From a virus (taxonomy: Duplodnaviria > Heunggongvirae > Uroviricota > Caudoviricetes), in IMG/VR virus record IMGVR_UViG_2695420382_000017: a stretch of DNA of 6,778 bases; one strand, 5' to 3'. The notes beneath the pieces are model-generated. The model ran no database searches. It was not told the origin of the DNA and saw only the letters and a program-made list of their open reading frames with translations. Each line of letters opens with the position of its first letter. The first letter of the stretch is position 1. This document shows, piece by piece, positions 1 through 5,918 of this stretch. Position numbers and translations under genes: made by a program.

Positions 1-84
1 GCCAAACTGCGATCGATTCAGATGCCATTTTGCAATCAGCGCCAGAACAGCAGCTGACAGGCCGTATTTGATTTTTGCGCTCAT
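1..84 (-). CDS. Probable endolysin (SAR-type phage lysozyme R), N-terminal 28 codons only; gene continues past the window start
   Basis: ATG at 84..82 on the minus strand gives MSAKIKYGLSAAVLALIAKWHLNRSQFG, a Gly/Ala/Leu-rich N-terminus resembling signal-arrest-release endolysins of 933W/Qin-type lysis cassettes (from memory). It sits directly downstream of holin and ydfR-like genes. No clear Shine-Dalgarno; an in-frame stop lies 2 codons upstream. Confidence 0.4.
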   Translation of the reverse strand, partial: MSAKIKYGLSAAVLALIAKWHLNRSQFG

Positions 85-139
85 GGATATTTATCAGGAT
101 GCTACCAATGAAAGATACTGGAAAGCCAACTGCAAAAAG

Positions 140-454
140 CTAACAACCCGTAATCGAGTTATCAGAACTGTTAATTTTTATGGTATACCGCGCCTCTGAA
201 CAGGGGCGCGTTTCTGGCAACAGCTCGTCCCCTTCACATAACCCGGCAGCAACATCCAGGAAGACCTGTCTGATGCTCCTTCTGGCTGCTGCCTCATAAA
301 ACTCCAGCGCGGCACCTTCAACACGGTCCAGCGAGATGTCCAGGTCAAAAATTTCACCGTCAAAGCGTTTTTTGTCCCGTAACGCTAAAGTTACCGTAAC
401 TTTATTCTCAAAATTGCGGATCCCTTTCACAATCAGTTCATAGTTTTGAGTCAT
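140..454 (-). CDS. Small acidic protein in the lysis cassette, YdfR-like (DUF1327-type), 104 aa, function unknown
   Basis: Intact 104-aa ORF with GGAG about 9 nt upstream of the ATG, starting 4 nt after the holin stop (likely translational coupling). The position between pinholin and endolysin and the ~103-aa size match ydfR of the E. coli K-12 Qin prophage (essQ-ydfR-rrrQ), recalled from memory, not sequence-verified. No hydrophobic segment. Confidence 0.6.
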   Translation of the reverse strand: MTQNYELIVKGIRNFENKVTVTLALRDKKRFDGEIFDLDISLDRVEGAALEFYEAAARRSIRQVFLDVAAGLCEGDELLPETRPCSEARYTIKINSSDNSITGC

Positions 455-458
455 TGAA

Positions 459-674
459 TTACTCTCCCCGTGCAGCCTTACGACGGTCCTCTCTGATTTT
501 GAAATACAGGTTAGTCAGATATGTCAGCAGCCCAAACAGCAGACTCCCCAGCACGCCTATTGCCGCCCACTGAGACGGGGAAACCCTGTCCAGCAACTGC
601 AGGAACCAGTAGCCCGTTCCCACCGCTGACGTGGTGTATGACACACCTGTTGTGATTTTTTCCATCTGGTACAT
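459..674 (-). CDS. S: Class II holin, S21-type pinholin (71 aa) with dual-start motif MYQM
   Basis: Translation [71 protein letters not shown] has the phage 21 S21 C-terminus (...[19 protein letters not shown]) and two TM segments. GGGAGA Shine-Dalgarno lies upstream of the ATG at 674. The ORF-track extension to 752 runs through an intrinsic terminator and is not credible. Confidence 0.8.
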   Translation of the reverse strand: MYQMEKITTGVSYTTSAVGTGYWFLQLLDRVSPSQWAAIGVLGSLLFGLLTYLTNLYFKIREDRRKAARGE

Positions 675-709
675 ACCCCGTCTCCCGTTATCCGGAAGCT
701 GACAACAAT

Positions 710-741
710 AAAAAAAGCCACCAGTTAAGTACTGATGGCTC
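710..741 (-). terminator. Rho-independent terminator between nanS-p and the holin gene (minus strand)
   Basis: Minus-strand sequence AGCCATCAGT-ACTTA-ACTGGTGGCT forms a 10-bp stem (one G-U pair) with a 5-nt loop, followed immediately by TTTTTTT (plus 710-716). Confidence 0.6.
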
Positions 742-824
742 TGATAACTCATGCAGGCATCTCAGACGACCCACTGACACTACCGGTGAGTTTAACGATA
801 CCTTCCATTTGGCTGGCTCACTTT

Positions 825-2678
825 TTATGATGATGCCGGTGCATTTATCTCCAGCACCAGACTTTCTATCTCAACGCCATACGCTGCATTTTTGGTAATA
901 TCCGTCAGCGTCAGCGCATTCAGCCCCAGTGTCAGACTGTCTTTTATGACCTGGAATGCCGGGCCAGCCACTCCATTCAGTTTCGGAGTAACCGTGGCAC
1001 TGCCGGCGGTGAACACCAGCTCCAGCGTCAGCCAGTCGTTACTGTAATTCCCGAACTCGCCCAACTTTGTGTTTCCTGCTTTCTTGTGATGCATCAGATT
1101 CAGTTTGCCGTCTGTGGTCTGGGTGAAGAACGACATCAGGAACGGGTTACCAGTCCCGGTCATCGCCACGACGTCAGGTAACGCTACATCGGTATACAGA
1201 TAAATTCCCAGACCGAACTGGTTGGTGGTCAGTGCGCCTGACAGTCGAAACTTACAGCTCAGTCTGCCACCCCGTGTCAGCAGGGAGACTGCGTCATCCA
1301 CCGGGCGCGTCAGGGACCAGGCTTTATTGCTCTGCTTGGTGATCTTAAATACACCATCTGACAACTGAACTCCGCCATTCTTAATGCTCCAGCCCTGCGC
1401 AGCAGCGTCTCCGGCTGTCGGCAACAGGGAGATTGTGCGTATGGATGCATCTTCAGACGGCCCCGATGGCGTGTCGCCGCCGGGCGAGGGTTTGATTTCC
1501 GGTGCCTTACCACTAATGAAGGCTAAGGTGCGACCGGCTACGTTCAGAATAGCAGTTGCCATACGATCGGGAATAATGCCACGACGCGCCCATGAGCTGA
1601 AATGCGTCGGGCGATTTGATGATACCCAGTTTTTGTTCGTTCGGGATGCCGAACCGTAATAACCAGACCCGGCAATATCAGGATCTTCTGACGGGTTGTT
1701 TGTCGGTGTATTAACTCCGCTACCATCGGTCATAAAGGGAACAAAATAAATCTGCTGGGATTCTTTACCTTTATATGCACCATATACCACTTCATATTGC
1801 GTACCGTGTTCTTGTTTCCACGCGTATGTCGTGTCGCCACAAATCCAGGGGACTGATGCCGGACTTCCACCGTGACACTGCGCCGCCAGCCCGGCAAGGT
1901 CAGCACGGAACTGCTGTACCATTGCAAGAAATGCTGCTGGCTGCTGGGCGTAACTGGCATTCGTCATATCGAATTCCCCCTGCATCCAGCATATCGCCAG
2001 CAAAACGTTTTTCGGGTTTTTCTGCAATGCTGCCTTCGTGCGGAAAAGCAGATCCTGATATAACGGCTTACCCACTCCCCAGCGAGCCGAATCCTGACTG
2101 GCCCCCGTGGACTCGCTGAATGTCCCCTCCGTGCCCTGGGTGAATGCCGAACCACCACGACAGCATGGTACCAGCAGGATCCCCGCATTATTAGGGATAT
2201 ACGGAAGCAGTTTTTTGGCAATATGTAAGCCCTGTCCGACACAGCCGTACTGCCCTTTGCTCAGGTCAGCCCGGGGATGGTTAATCGTACTCATATCCTG
2301 AACATCATGCAGACAATGGTCAGCAGGAATGATGTCGTTAAATACGCATACTTCACCACCGGGAGTCACTGTGTTACGACGGGCCAGTTGCTTAATGCGC
2401 GGATGGGGCGCATCGTATGAATCCGGAAGCGGAAGACCTTCACCGTAAGCCATGGCATTGGATTGCCCGGCCAGTACGATGACGTAGTACCACTCCGGCT
2501 CAGTTGCACCACTGACGACCACATCACCTTCTGCTGCAATCGCCTGCATCAGGGTATAAGGGGTTATGGCCACCGGACTACCAAACGGCTGCCAGCCCTC
2601 CTTCAGTTTTTGTGTCAGTCGTTTCGCAAGGTCTGACGGCGATGCCGCCCTGACCACGTCATAGTGTTTAAATGCCAT
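825..2678 (-). CDS. nanS-p: Prophage-encoded sialate 9-O-acetylesterase NanS-p (N-terminal DUF1737-like domain, SGNH/SASA esterase domain, C-terminal putative carbohydrate-binding domain), 617 aa
   Basis: 617-aa ORF starting MAFKHYDVVRAA... with GGAGG Shine-Dalgarno 5 nt upstream. It contains the SGNH-hydrolase motif VIVLAGQSNAMAYGEG. Domain order and position (downstream of the tRNA/stx locus, upstream of S) match nanS-p of Stx-phage-like prophages in EHEC (established knowledge, from memory). Confidence 0.9.
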   Translation of the reverse strand: MAFKHYDVVRAASPSDLAKRLTQKLKEGWQPFGSPVAITPYTLMQAIAAEGDVVVSGATEPEWYYVIVLAGQSNAMAYGEGLPLPDSYDAPHPRIKQLARRNTVTPGGEVCVFNDIIPADHCLHDVQDMSTINHPRADLSKGQYGCVGQGLHIAKKLLPYIPNNAGILLVPCCRGGSAFTQGTEGTFSESTGASQDSARWGVGKPLYQDLLFRTKAALQKNPKNVLLAICWMQGEFDMTNASYAQQPAAFLAMVQQFRADLAGLAAQCHGGSPASVPWICGDTTYAWKQEHGTQYEVVYGAYKGKESQQIYFVPFMTDGSGVNTPTNNPSEDPDIAGSGYYGSASRTNKNWVSSNRPTHFSSWARRGIIPDRMATAILNVAGRTLAFISGKAPEIKPSPGGDTPSGPSEDASIRTISLLPTAGDAAAQGWSIKNGGVQLSDGVFKITKQSNKAWSLTRPVDDAVSLLTRGGRLSCKFRLSGALTTNQFGLGIYLYTDVALPDVVAMTGTGNPFLMSFFTQTTDGKLNLMHHKKAGNTKLGEFGNYSNDWLTLELVFTAGSATVTPKLNGVAGPAFQVIKDSLTLGLNALTLTDITKNAAYGVEIESLVLEINAPASS

Positions 2679-2872
2679 GAATCCTCCCGGCCGGGATAAT
2701 ATTGTGAGTAAAATAAGGAGCGGGCTGAAGTCCGGAAGTTACAGGACAATGGCAGAAGAGAGACGACAGCCCGCAATTCGAAAAAGACCGCGCAGTTGCG
2801 CAGAGTGATTACTATGGGGTATTATTCGCCAGCTGAAATATTACTTCACGTTTTATTGTTTATTCCTTGCCG

Positions 2873-2900
2873 CCCGCGTCTCCCAGCGCGGGCTTTTTTT
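2873..2900 (+). terminator. Rho-independent terminator, plus strand
   Basis: GCCCGCG-TCTCCCAG-CGCGGGC stem-loop followed by TTTTTTT on the plus strand. Confidence 0.5.
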
Positions 2901-2908
2901 GCCCACAA

Positions 2909-2929
2909 GAAAACCCCTCCGGAGAGGGG
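2909..2929 (-). terminator. Rho-independent terminator, minus strand, formed by the hairpin at the edge of repeat copy A
   Basis: CCCCTC-CGGA-GAGGGG hairpin; on the minus strand it is followed by TTTTCTTGTG. It is convergent with the plus-strand terminator at 2873-2900. Confidence 0.45.
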
Positions 2930-3140
2930 CTAAAGCCGCGTATCTGTATCATCATGCACATGGTGCCGGGTGCCTCCCGGTGAGTTCAGCCCGGTGCCAC
3001 TAAACCCGCGTCATTCTCGTTTTGATAATCAGAGATTATACCGTCACCAGTCGCCCCTCCGCTCAGGGGGATTCACCATGCGAAATTTTTTTAACAAATG
3101 CCCAGTCTGACAGGCAACTGTCAACTTACTGAATTGTGAG
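2914..3140. repeat. ~210-bp noncoding repeat module, copy A (diverged, roughly 70-75 percent identical to copies B and C)
   Basis: Shares with B and C the blocks CCCCTCCGGAGAGGGGCT, CATGGTGCCGGGTGCCTCCCGGTGA-TTCAG, CGCCCCTCCGC-CAGGGGGATTCACCATGC, TTTAACAAA, CAACTGTCAAC and CTGAATTGTGA, separated by diverged spacers with indels. Confidence 0.7.
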
Positions 3141-3176
3141 CAACATAGCATTTAACGGGGAACCTGTTTTCTGCAG

Positions 3177-3204
3177 TAAAAAGGCCCACCGGAGCGGATG
3201 GGCC
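3177..3204 (-). terminator. Rho-independent terminator, minus strand
   Basis: Minus strand reads GGCCCATCCGCTCCGGTGGGCC (GC-rich stem-loop) followed by TTTTTA. Confidence 0.5.
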
Positions 3205-3330
3205 TGGAAGGATAGCGGTCATGTGATGCCGGTTTCCCGGTAACTCAGCACCGGTATCTGAGTCAACGTTTTCTCTACTGGGTCATTTCCGATACGCCCT
3301 GCCTGCTGACAGGCTTTCATCACATCTGAA

Positions 3331-3345
3331 AATATAGCACCCTGA
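3331..3345 (-). promoter_or_regulatory. Candidate sigma70 promoter with extended -10 (TGcTATATT) on the minus strand
   Basis: Minus strand reads GTGCTATATT (TG plus TATATT) at plus 3340..3331; the -35 is weak. Prediction by eye only. Confidence 0.25.
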
Positions 3346-3399
3346 CTGATACTGTAGTACCTAAGGTTCCAGAAACTGTGATGTATCCGGCACAGAAAA

Positions 3400-3608
3400 G
3401 CCCCTCCGGAGAGGGCTGGAGAGTGGCGCTATGTGCCATTGCATGATGCCGGGTGCCTCCCGGTGAATTCAGTACCAGCACCTGAATCCGCGATTATCCC
3501 ATATACCTACTCGCTGATTGCCCCTCCGCACAGGGGGATTCACCATGCCAGTTTCTTTTAACAAACTCCCCGCAAAACAGACAACTGTCAACCGTCTGAA
3601 TTGTGAAG
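3400..3608. repeat. ~210-bp noncoding repeat module, copy B (about 97 percent identical to copy C); distal end truncated by or abutting the IS1 remnant
   Basis: Near-identical to 5675-5884, differing by 1 indel and about 4 substitutions. Begins with hairpin GCCCCTCCGGAGAGGGC and ends CTGAATTGTGAAG, directly joined to internal IS1 sequence. Confidence 0.85.
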
Positions 3609-3946
3609 CCAGCGCTGGCGCGATTTAGCCCCGACATAGCCCCACTGTTCGTCCATTTCCGCGCAGACGATGACGTCACTGCCCGGCTGTATGCGCGAGG
3701 TTACCGACTGCGGCCTGAGTTTTTTAAGTGACGTAAAATCGTGTTGAGGCCAACGCCCATAATGCGTGCAGTTGCCATGTTTTACGGCAGTGAGAGCAGA
3801 GATAGCGCTGATGTCCGGCAGTGCTTTTGCCGTTACGCACCACCCCGTCAGTAGCTGAACAGGAGGGACAGCTGATAGAAACAGAAGCCACTGGAGCACC
3901 TCAAAAACACCATCATACACTAAATCAGTAAGTTGGCAGCATCACC
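3609..3946 (-). mobile_element. IS1 remnant: left inverted repeat plus insA-proximal ~340 bp, truncated internally
   Basis: Minus strand begins GGTGATGCTGCCAACTTACTGAT (IS1 terminal inverted repeat) at 3946 and continues with IS1 insA-region sequence. Relative to canonical IS1 as recalled from memory there appears to be an ~85-bp internal deletion. The element ends at an internal IS1 position at ~3609 with no right end. Confidence 0.8.
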
Positions 3947-4018
3947 CGCCTTGAGCGAGATATATTAAAAAAAGCAACAGCGTATTTTGCACAGGAGTCG
4001 CTGAAAAATACGCGTTAA
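3947..4018 (+). pseudogene. IS3-family orfA, C-terminal fragment (5' end removed by the IS1 insertion)
   Basis: Frame encodes the typical OrfA C-terminus DILKKATAYFA with a stop at 4016-4018; there is no start codon because the element is truncated at 3947. Confidence 0.6.
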
Positions 4019-4053
4019 TCGAACAATGGCGACAACAATTTCCCATTGAAGCG

Positions 4054-4872
4054 ATGTGTCAGGTATTTGGTGTATCCAGGAGCGGTTATTACAACTGGGT
4101 ACAGCATGAACCCTCAGACAGAAAACAAAGTGATGAGCGGCTAAAACTGGAGATTAAGGTGGCACATATCCGCACTCGCGAAACATATGGAACCCGGCGG
4201 CTCCAGACGGAGCTGGCAGAGAATGGCATCATCGTTGGTCGTGACCGACTGGCACGTCTTCGTAAGGAGCTAAGGCTACGCTGTAAGCAGAAACGCAAGT
4301 TCAGAGCGACTACGAACTCGAACCACAATCTGCCAGTTGCGCCAAATCTGCTGAACCAGACGTTCGCTCCTACAGCACCAAATCAGGTCTGGGTGGCGGA
4401 CCTGACGTATGTTGCCACACAGGAGGGATGGTTGTACCTCGCTGGCATCAAAGATGTTTATACGTGCGAAATTGTCGGCTACGCCATGGGAGAGCGCATG
4501 ACAAAAGAGCTGACAGGTAAAGCCCTGTTTATGGCGCTCAGGAGCCAGCGCCCACCTGCCGGGCTAATCCACCACTCTGATCGAGGTTCACAGTACTGCG
4601 CATACGATTACCGGGTCATACAGGAGCAGTCTGGTCTGAAAACATCAATGTCGCGTAAAGGTAACTGTTACGACAACGCTCCGATGGAAAGCTTCTGGGG
4701 AACGCTGAAAAATGAGAGCCTGAGCCACTATCGTTTTAATAACCGGGATGAAGCCATCTCAGTAATACGGGAATACATTGAGATTTTCTACAATCGTCAG
4801 CGTCGTCACTCTCGTCTGGGGAATATCTCCCCGGCAGCCTTCAGGGAAAAATATCATCAGATGGCTGCTTAA
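4054..4872 (+). CDS. IS3-family transposase OrfB (DDE integrase-type catalytic domain), 272 aa from the first ATG; normally expressed as an OrfAB fusion by -1 frameshifting
   Basis: Translation contains hallmark IS3-family OrfB segments (NQVWVADLTYV, HHSDRGSQY, NCYDNAPMESFW, YNRQRRHSRLG), consistent with the DDE catalytic triad region. Confidence 0.9.
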   Translation: MCQVFGVSRSGYYNWVQHEPSDRKQSDERLKLEIKVAHIRTRETYGTRRLQTELAENGIIVGRDRLARLRKELRLRCKQKRKFRATTNSNHNLPVAPNLLNQTFAPTAPNQVWVADLTYVATQEGWLYLAGIKDVYTCEIVGYAMGERMTKELTGKALFMALRSQRPPAGLIHHSDRGSQYCAYDYRVIQEQSGLKTSMSRKGNCYDNAPMESFWGTLKNESLSHYRFNNRDEAISVIREYIEIFYNRQRRHSRLGNISPAAFREKYHQMAA

Positions 4873-4913
4873 AAAAAGAACAAATGGTAGTGTCCGCTAT
4901 TGCCAGTACACCT

Positions 4914-5042
4914 CAGGGTATAAGGGGTTATGGCCACCGGACTACCAAACGGCTGCCAGCCCTCTTTCAGTTTATGTGTCAGCTTTTCCGCAAGATCTGA
5001 CGGCGGCGCCGCCCTGACAACATCATAGTGTTTAAATGCCAT
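4914..5042 (-). pseudogene. nanS-p paralog, N-terminal 43 codons only, disrupted by the IS3-family insertion
   Basis: Minus-strand translation MAFKHYDVVRAAPPSDLAEKLTHKLKEGWQPFGSPVAITPYTL matches the first 43 residues of the intact NanS-p with 4 differences (about 90 percent nucleotide identity by eye), then reads into the IS right end. The upstream leader differs from that of the intact copy. Confidence 0.85.
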
Positions 5043-5235
5043 GGTTCTTTCCACCATCTGAAAAATAATTCTTTAAAATACCTGACATGTAATACAGAAA
5101 AAACACAAAACCATACCTTAAATAAAAACCTGATTATCAAGCAGATATGCATGGATAAACTACAAGACGAGATATAAACCACCCTGCATTTAAATAAACA
5201 ATAAACAACATCAGAAAAATAATTCTGCTCTATGG

Positions 5236-5262
5236 TTTACATTCAAAAATATCATTTATACT
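5236..5262 (+). promoter_or_regulatory. Candidate sigma70 promoter (TTTACA, 15-nt spacer, TATACT) for the ORF at 5303
   Basis: Sequence read by eye in an AT-rich region; spacer is suboptimal at 15 nt. Confidence 0.3.
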
Positions 5263-5302
5263 TTTCAGAACATCACCAGCAAGGCATAAACAAGGAAACT
5301 AA

Positions 5303-5638
5303 ATGAAGTGGATTGTGATTGATACAGTTATCCAGCCATCATGCGGAATATCTTTTTCAGTCATATGGAGTAAAATAAAATTAATAATCTGGTATCAATC
5401 GGATGCTTTCTTACCTCCTGAAAGTATATTTACACTGACTCACACAGGCATCATGCTCAATAACAAAGTGCTACCTGTAACCATTTACAACGTAGTACCA
5501 TTCAATAAAACATTCTGGAATTTAATCAAAAACAGCCAGGAATGCCCTACAAATACAGATAACGTATTGAATGAATGCTTTAATAACCGTTGCACTCTGC
5601 AAATATGTCCTTATGGACTAAAACAACAAAGTCCATAA
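5303..5638 (+). CDS. Hypothetical protein, 111 aa, AT-rich orphan moron ORF, convergent with the phage late operon
   Basis: Strong Shine-Dalgarno (AAGGA, ~6-nt spacer) before the ATG and a candidate promoter upstream. The region is AT-rich by eye (not counted). Five Cys residues. No family recognised. The 3' end is covered by an 11-bp perfect inverted repeat. Confidence 0.5.
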   Translation: MKWIVIDTVIQPSCGISFSVIWSKIKLIIWYQSDAFLPPESIFTLTHTGIMLNNKVLPVTIYNVVPFNKTFWNLIKNSQECPTNTDNVLNECFNNRCTLQICPYGLKQQSP

Positions 5639-5674
5639 GGAGTTTACTCACATCTGACAAAATCAATATAAACA

Positions 5675-5697
5675 GCCCCTCCGGAGAGGGGCTGGAG
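5675..5697 (-). terminator. Candidate rho-independent terminator (minus strand) at the end of repeat copy C
   Basis: GC-rich 7-8 bp stem with CGGA loop; the downstream minus-strand sequence is T-rich but interrupted. Confidence 0.4.
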
Positions 5698-5884
5698 AGT
5701 GGCGCTATGTGCCATTGCATGGTGCCGGGTGCCTCCCGGTGAATTCAGTACCAGCACCTGAATCCGCGATTATCCCATATACCTACTCGCTGATTGCCCC
5801 TCCGCACAGGGGGATTCACCATGCCAGTTTCTTTTAACAAACTCCCCGCAAACCAGACAACAGTCAACCGCCTGAATTGTGAAG
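5675..5884. repeat. ~210-bp noncoding repeat module, copy C (complete)
   Basis: Near-identical to copy B and clearly related to copy A. On the minus strand it ends in hairpin GCCCCTCTCCGGAGGGGC followed by the T-rich GTTTATATTGATTTTG. Confidence 0.85.
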
Positions 5885-5918
5885 TATTTAAAAATTTCTC
5901 CCGCTAACTGATACCCGG

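Larger units (their letters stand above)
3947..4910 (+). mobile_element. IS3-family insertion sequence, 3' ~960 bp (orfA C-terminus, A-AAA-AAG frameshift site, complete orfB, right end); 5' part replaced by IS1
   Basis: orfA-frame tail ...RLERDILKKATAYFAQESLKNTR*, slippery heptamer A AAA AAG at ~3965-3971, orfB in the -1 frame, and a right terminus ending ...TGCCAGTACA at ~4910. Exact IS name not resolved. Confidence 0.85.

Noticed and set aside
189-215. GC-rich hairpin (CGCGCC...GGCGCG) followed by TTTCT on the plus strand, inside the 3' end of the ydfR-like CDS
   Set aside because: It lies inside a coding region, the T-run is short, and no plus-strand transcript is evident to terminate; probably coincidental.
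178-363. 61-aa minus-strand ORF overlapping the ydfR-like gene
   Set aside because: Alternative frame entirely inside the better-supported 104-aa CDS.
459-752. 97-aa extended form of the holin ORF starting at 752
   Set aside because: The N-terminal extension runs through the intrinsic terminator at 710-741 and has no Shine-Dalgarno. The S21-type holin starts at the MYQM motif (674), which has a GGGAGA Shine-Dalgarno.
1310-2301. Eight ORFs of 60-114 aa on both strands inside the nanS-p gene (1310-1513, 1384-1659, 1544-1726, 1730-1960, 1775-2119, 1872-2063, 1964-2242, 2107-2301)
   Set aside because: All lie within the 617-aa nanS-p CDS in alternative frames or antisense. They have no Shine-Dalgarno and no recognisable family, as expected for spurious frames in GC-rich coding DNA.
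3543-3625. Small plus-strand ORF starting at the conserved GGGGGATTCACC-ATG block in the repeats (27 codons in copy B at 3545-3625, [21 protein letters not shown]...)
   Set aside because: Two of the three B-versus-C substitutions are synonymous, which is weak support, but copy A has frame-breaking indels and stops after 10 codons, and copy B's 3' end is IS1-derived. It is kept only as an alternative hypothesis within the repeat finding.
3494-3920. Minus-strand ORFs 3494-3679 (61 aa) and 3588-3920 (110 aa)
   Set aside because: Both read across the IS1 remnant and its junction with repeat copy B. They are chimeric frames created by truncation, not intact genes; the IS1 insA/insB region is disrupted.
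4089-4328. 79-aa minus-strand ORF inside IS3-family orfB
   Set aside because: Antisense frame within a well-supported transposase CDS.
4778-5182. ORFs 4778-5017 (+), 4869-5057 (-) and 4979-5182 (-)
   Set aside because: 4869-5057 is the nanS-p N-terminal fragment fused to IS-end sequence with a spurious upstream MVERT extension. The other two are alternative-frame ORFs across the IS end, gene fragment and AT-rich leader.
2914-5884. Possibility that the three ~210-bp repeats form a CRISPR array or a MITE
   Set aside because: The units are too long and irregularly spaced (hundreds to thousands of bp apart) for CRISPR, and they lack terminal inverted repeats and target-site duplications expected of a MITE.
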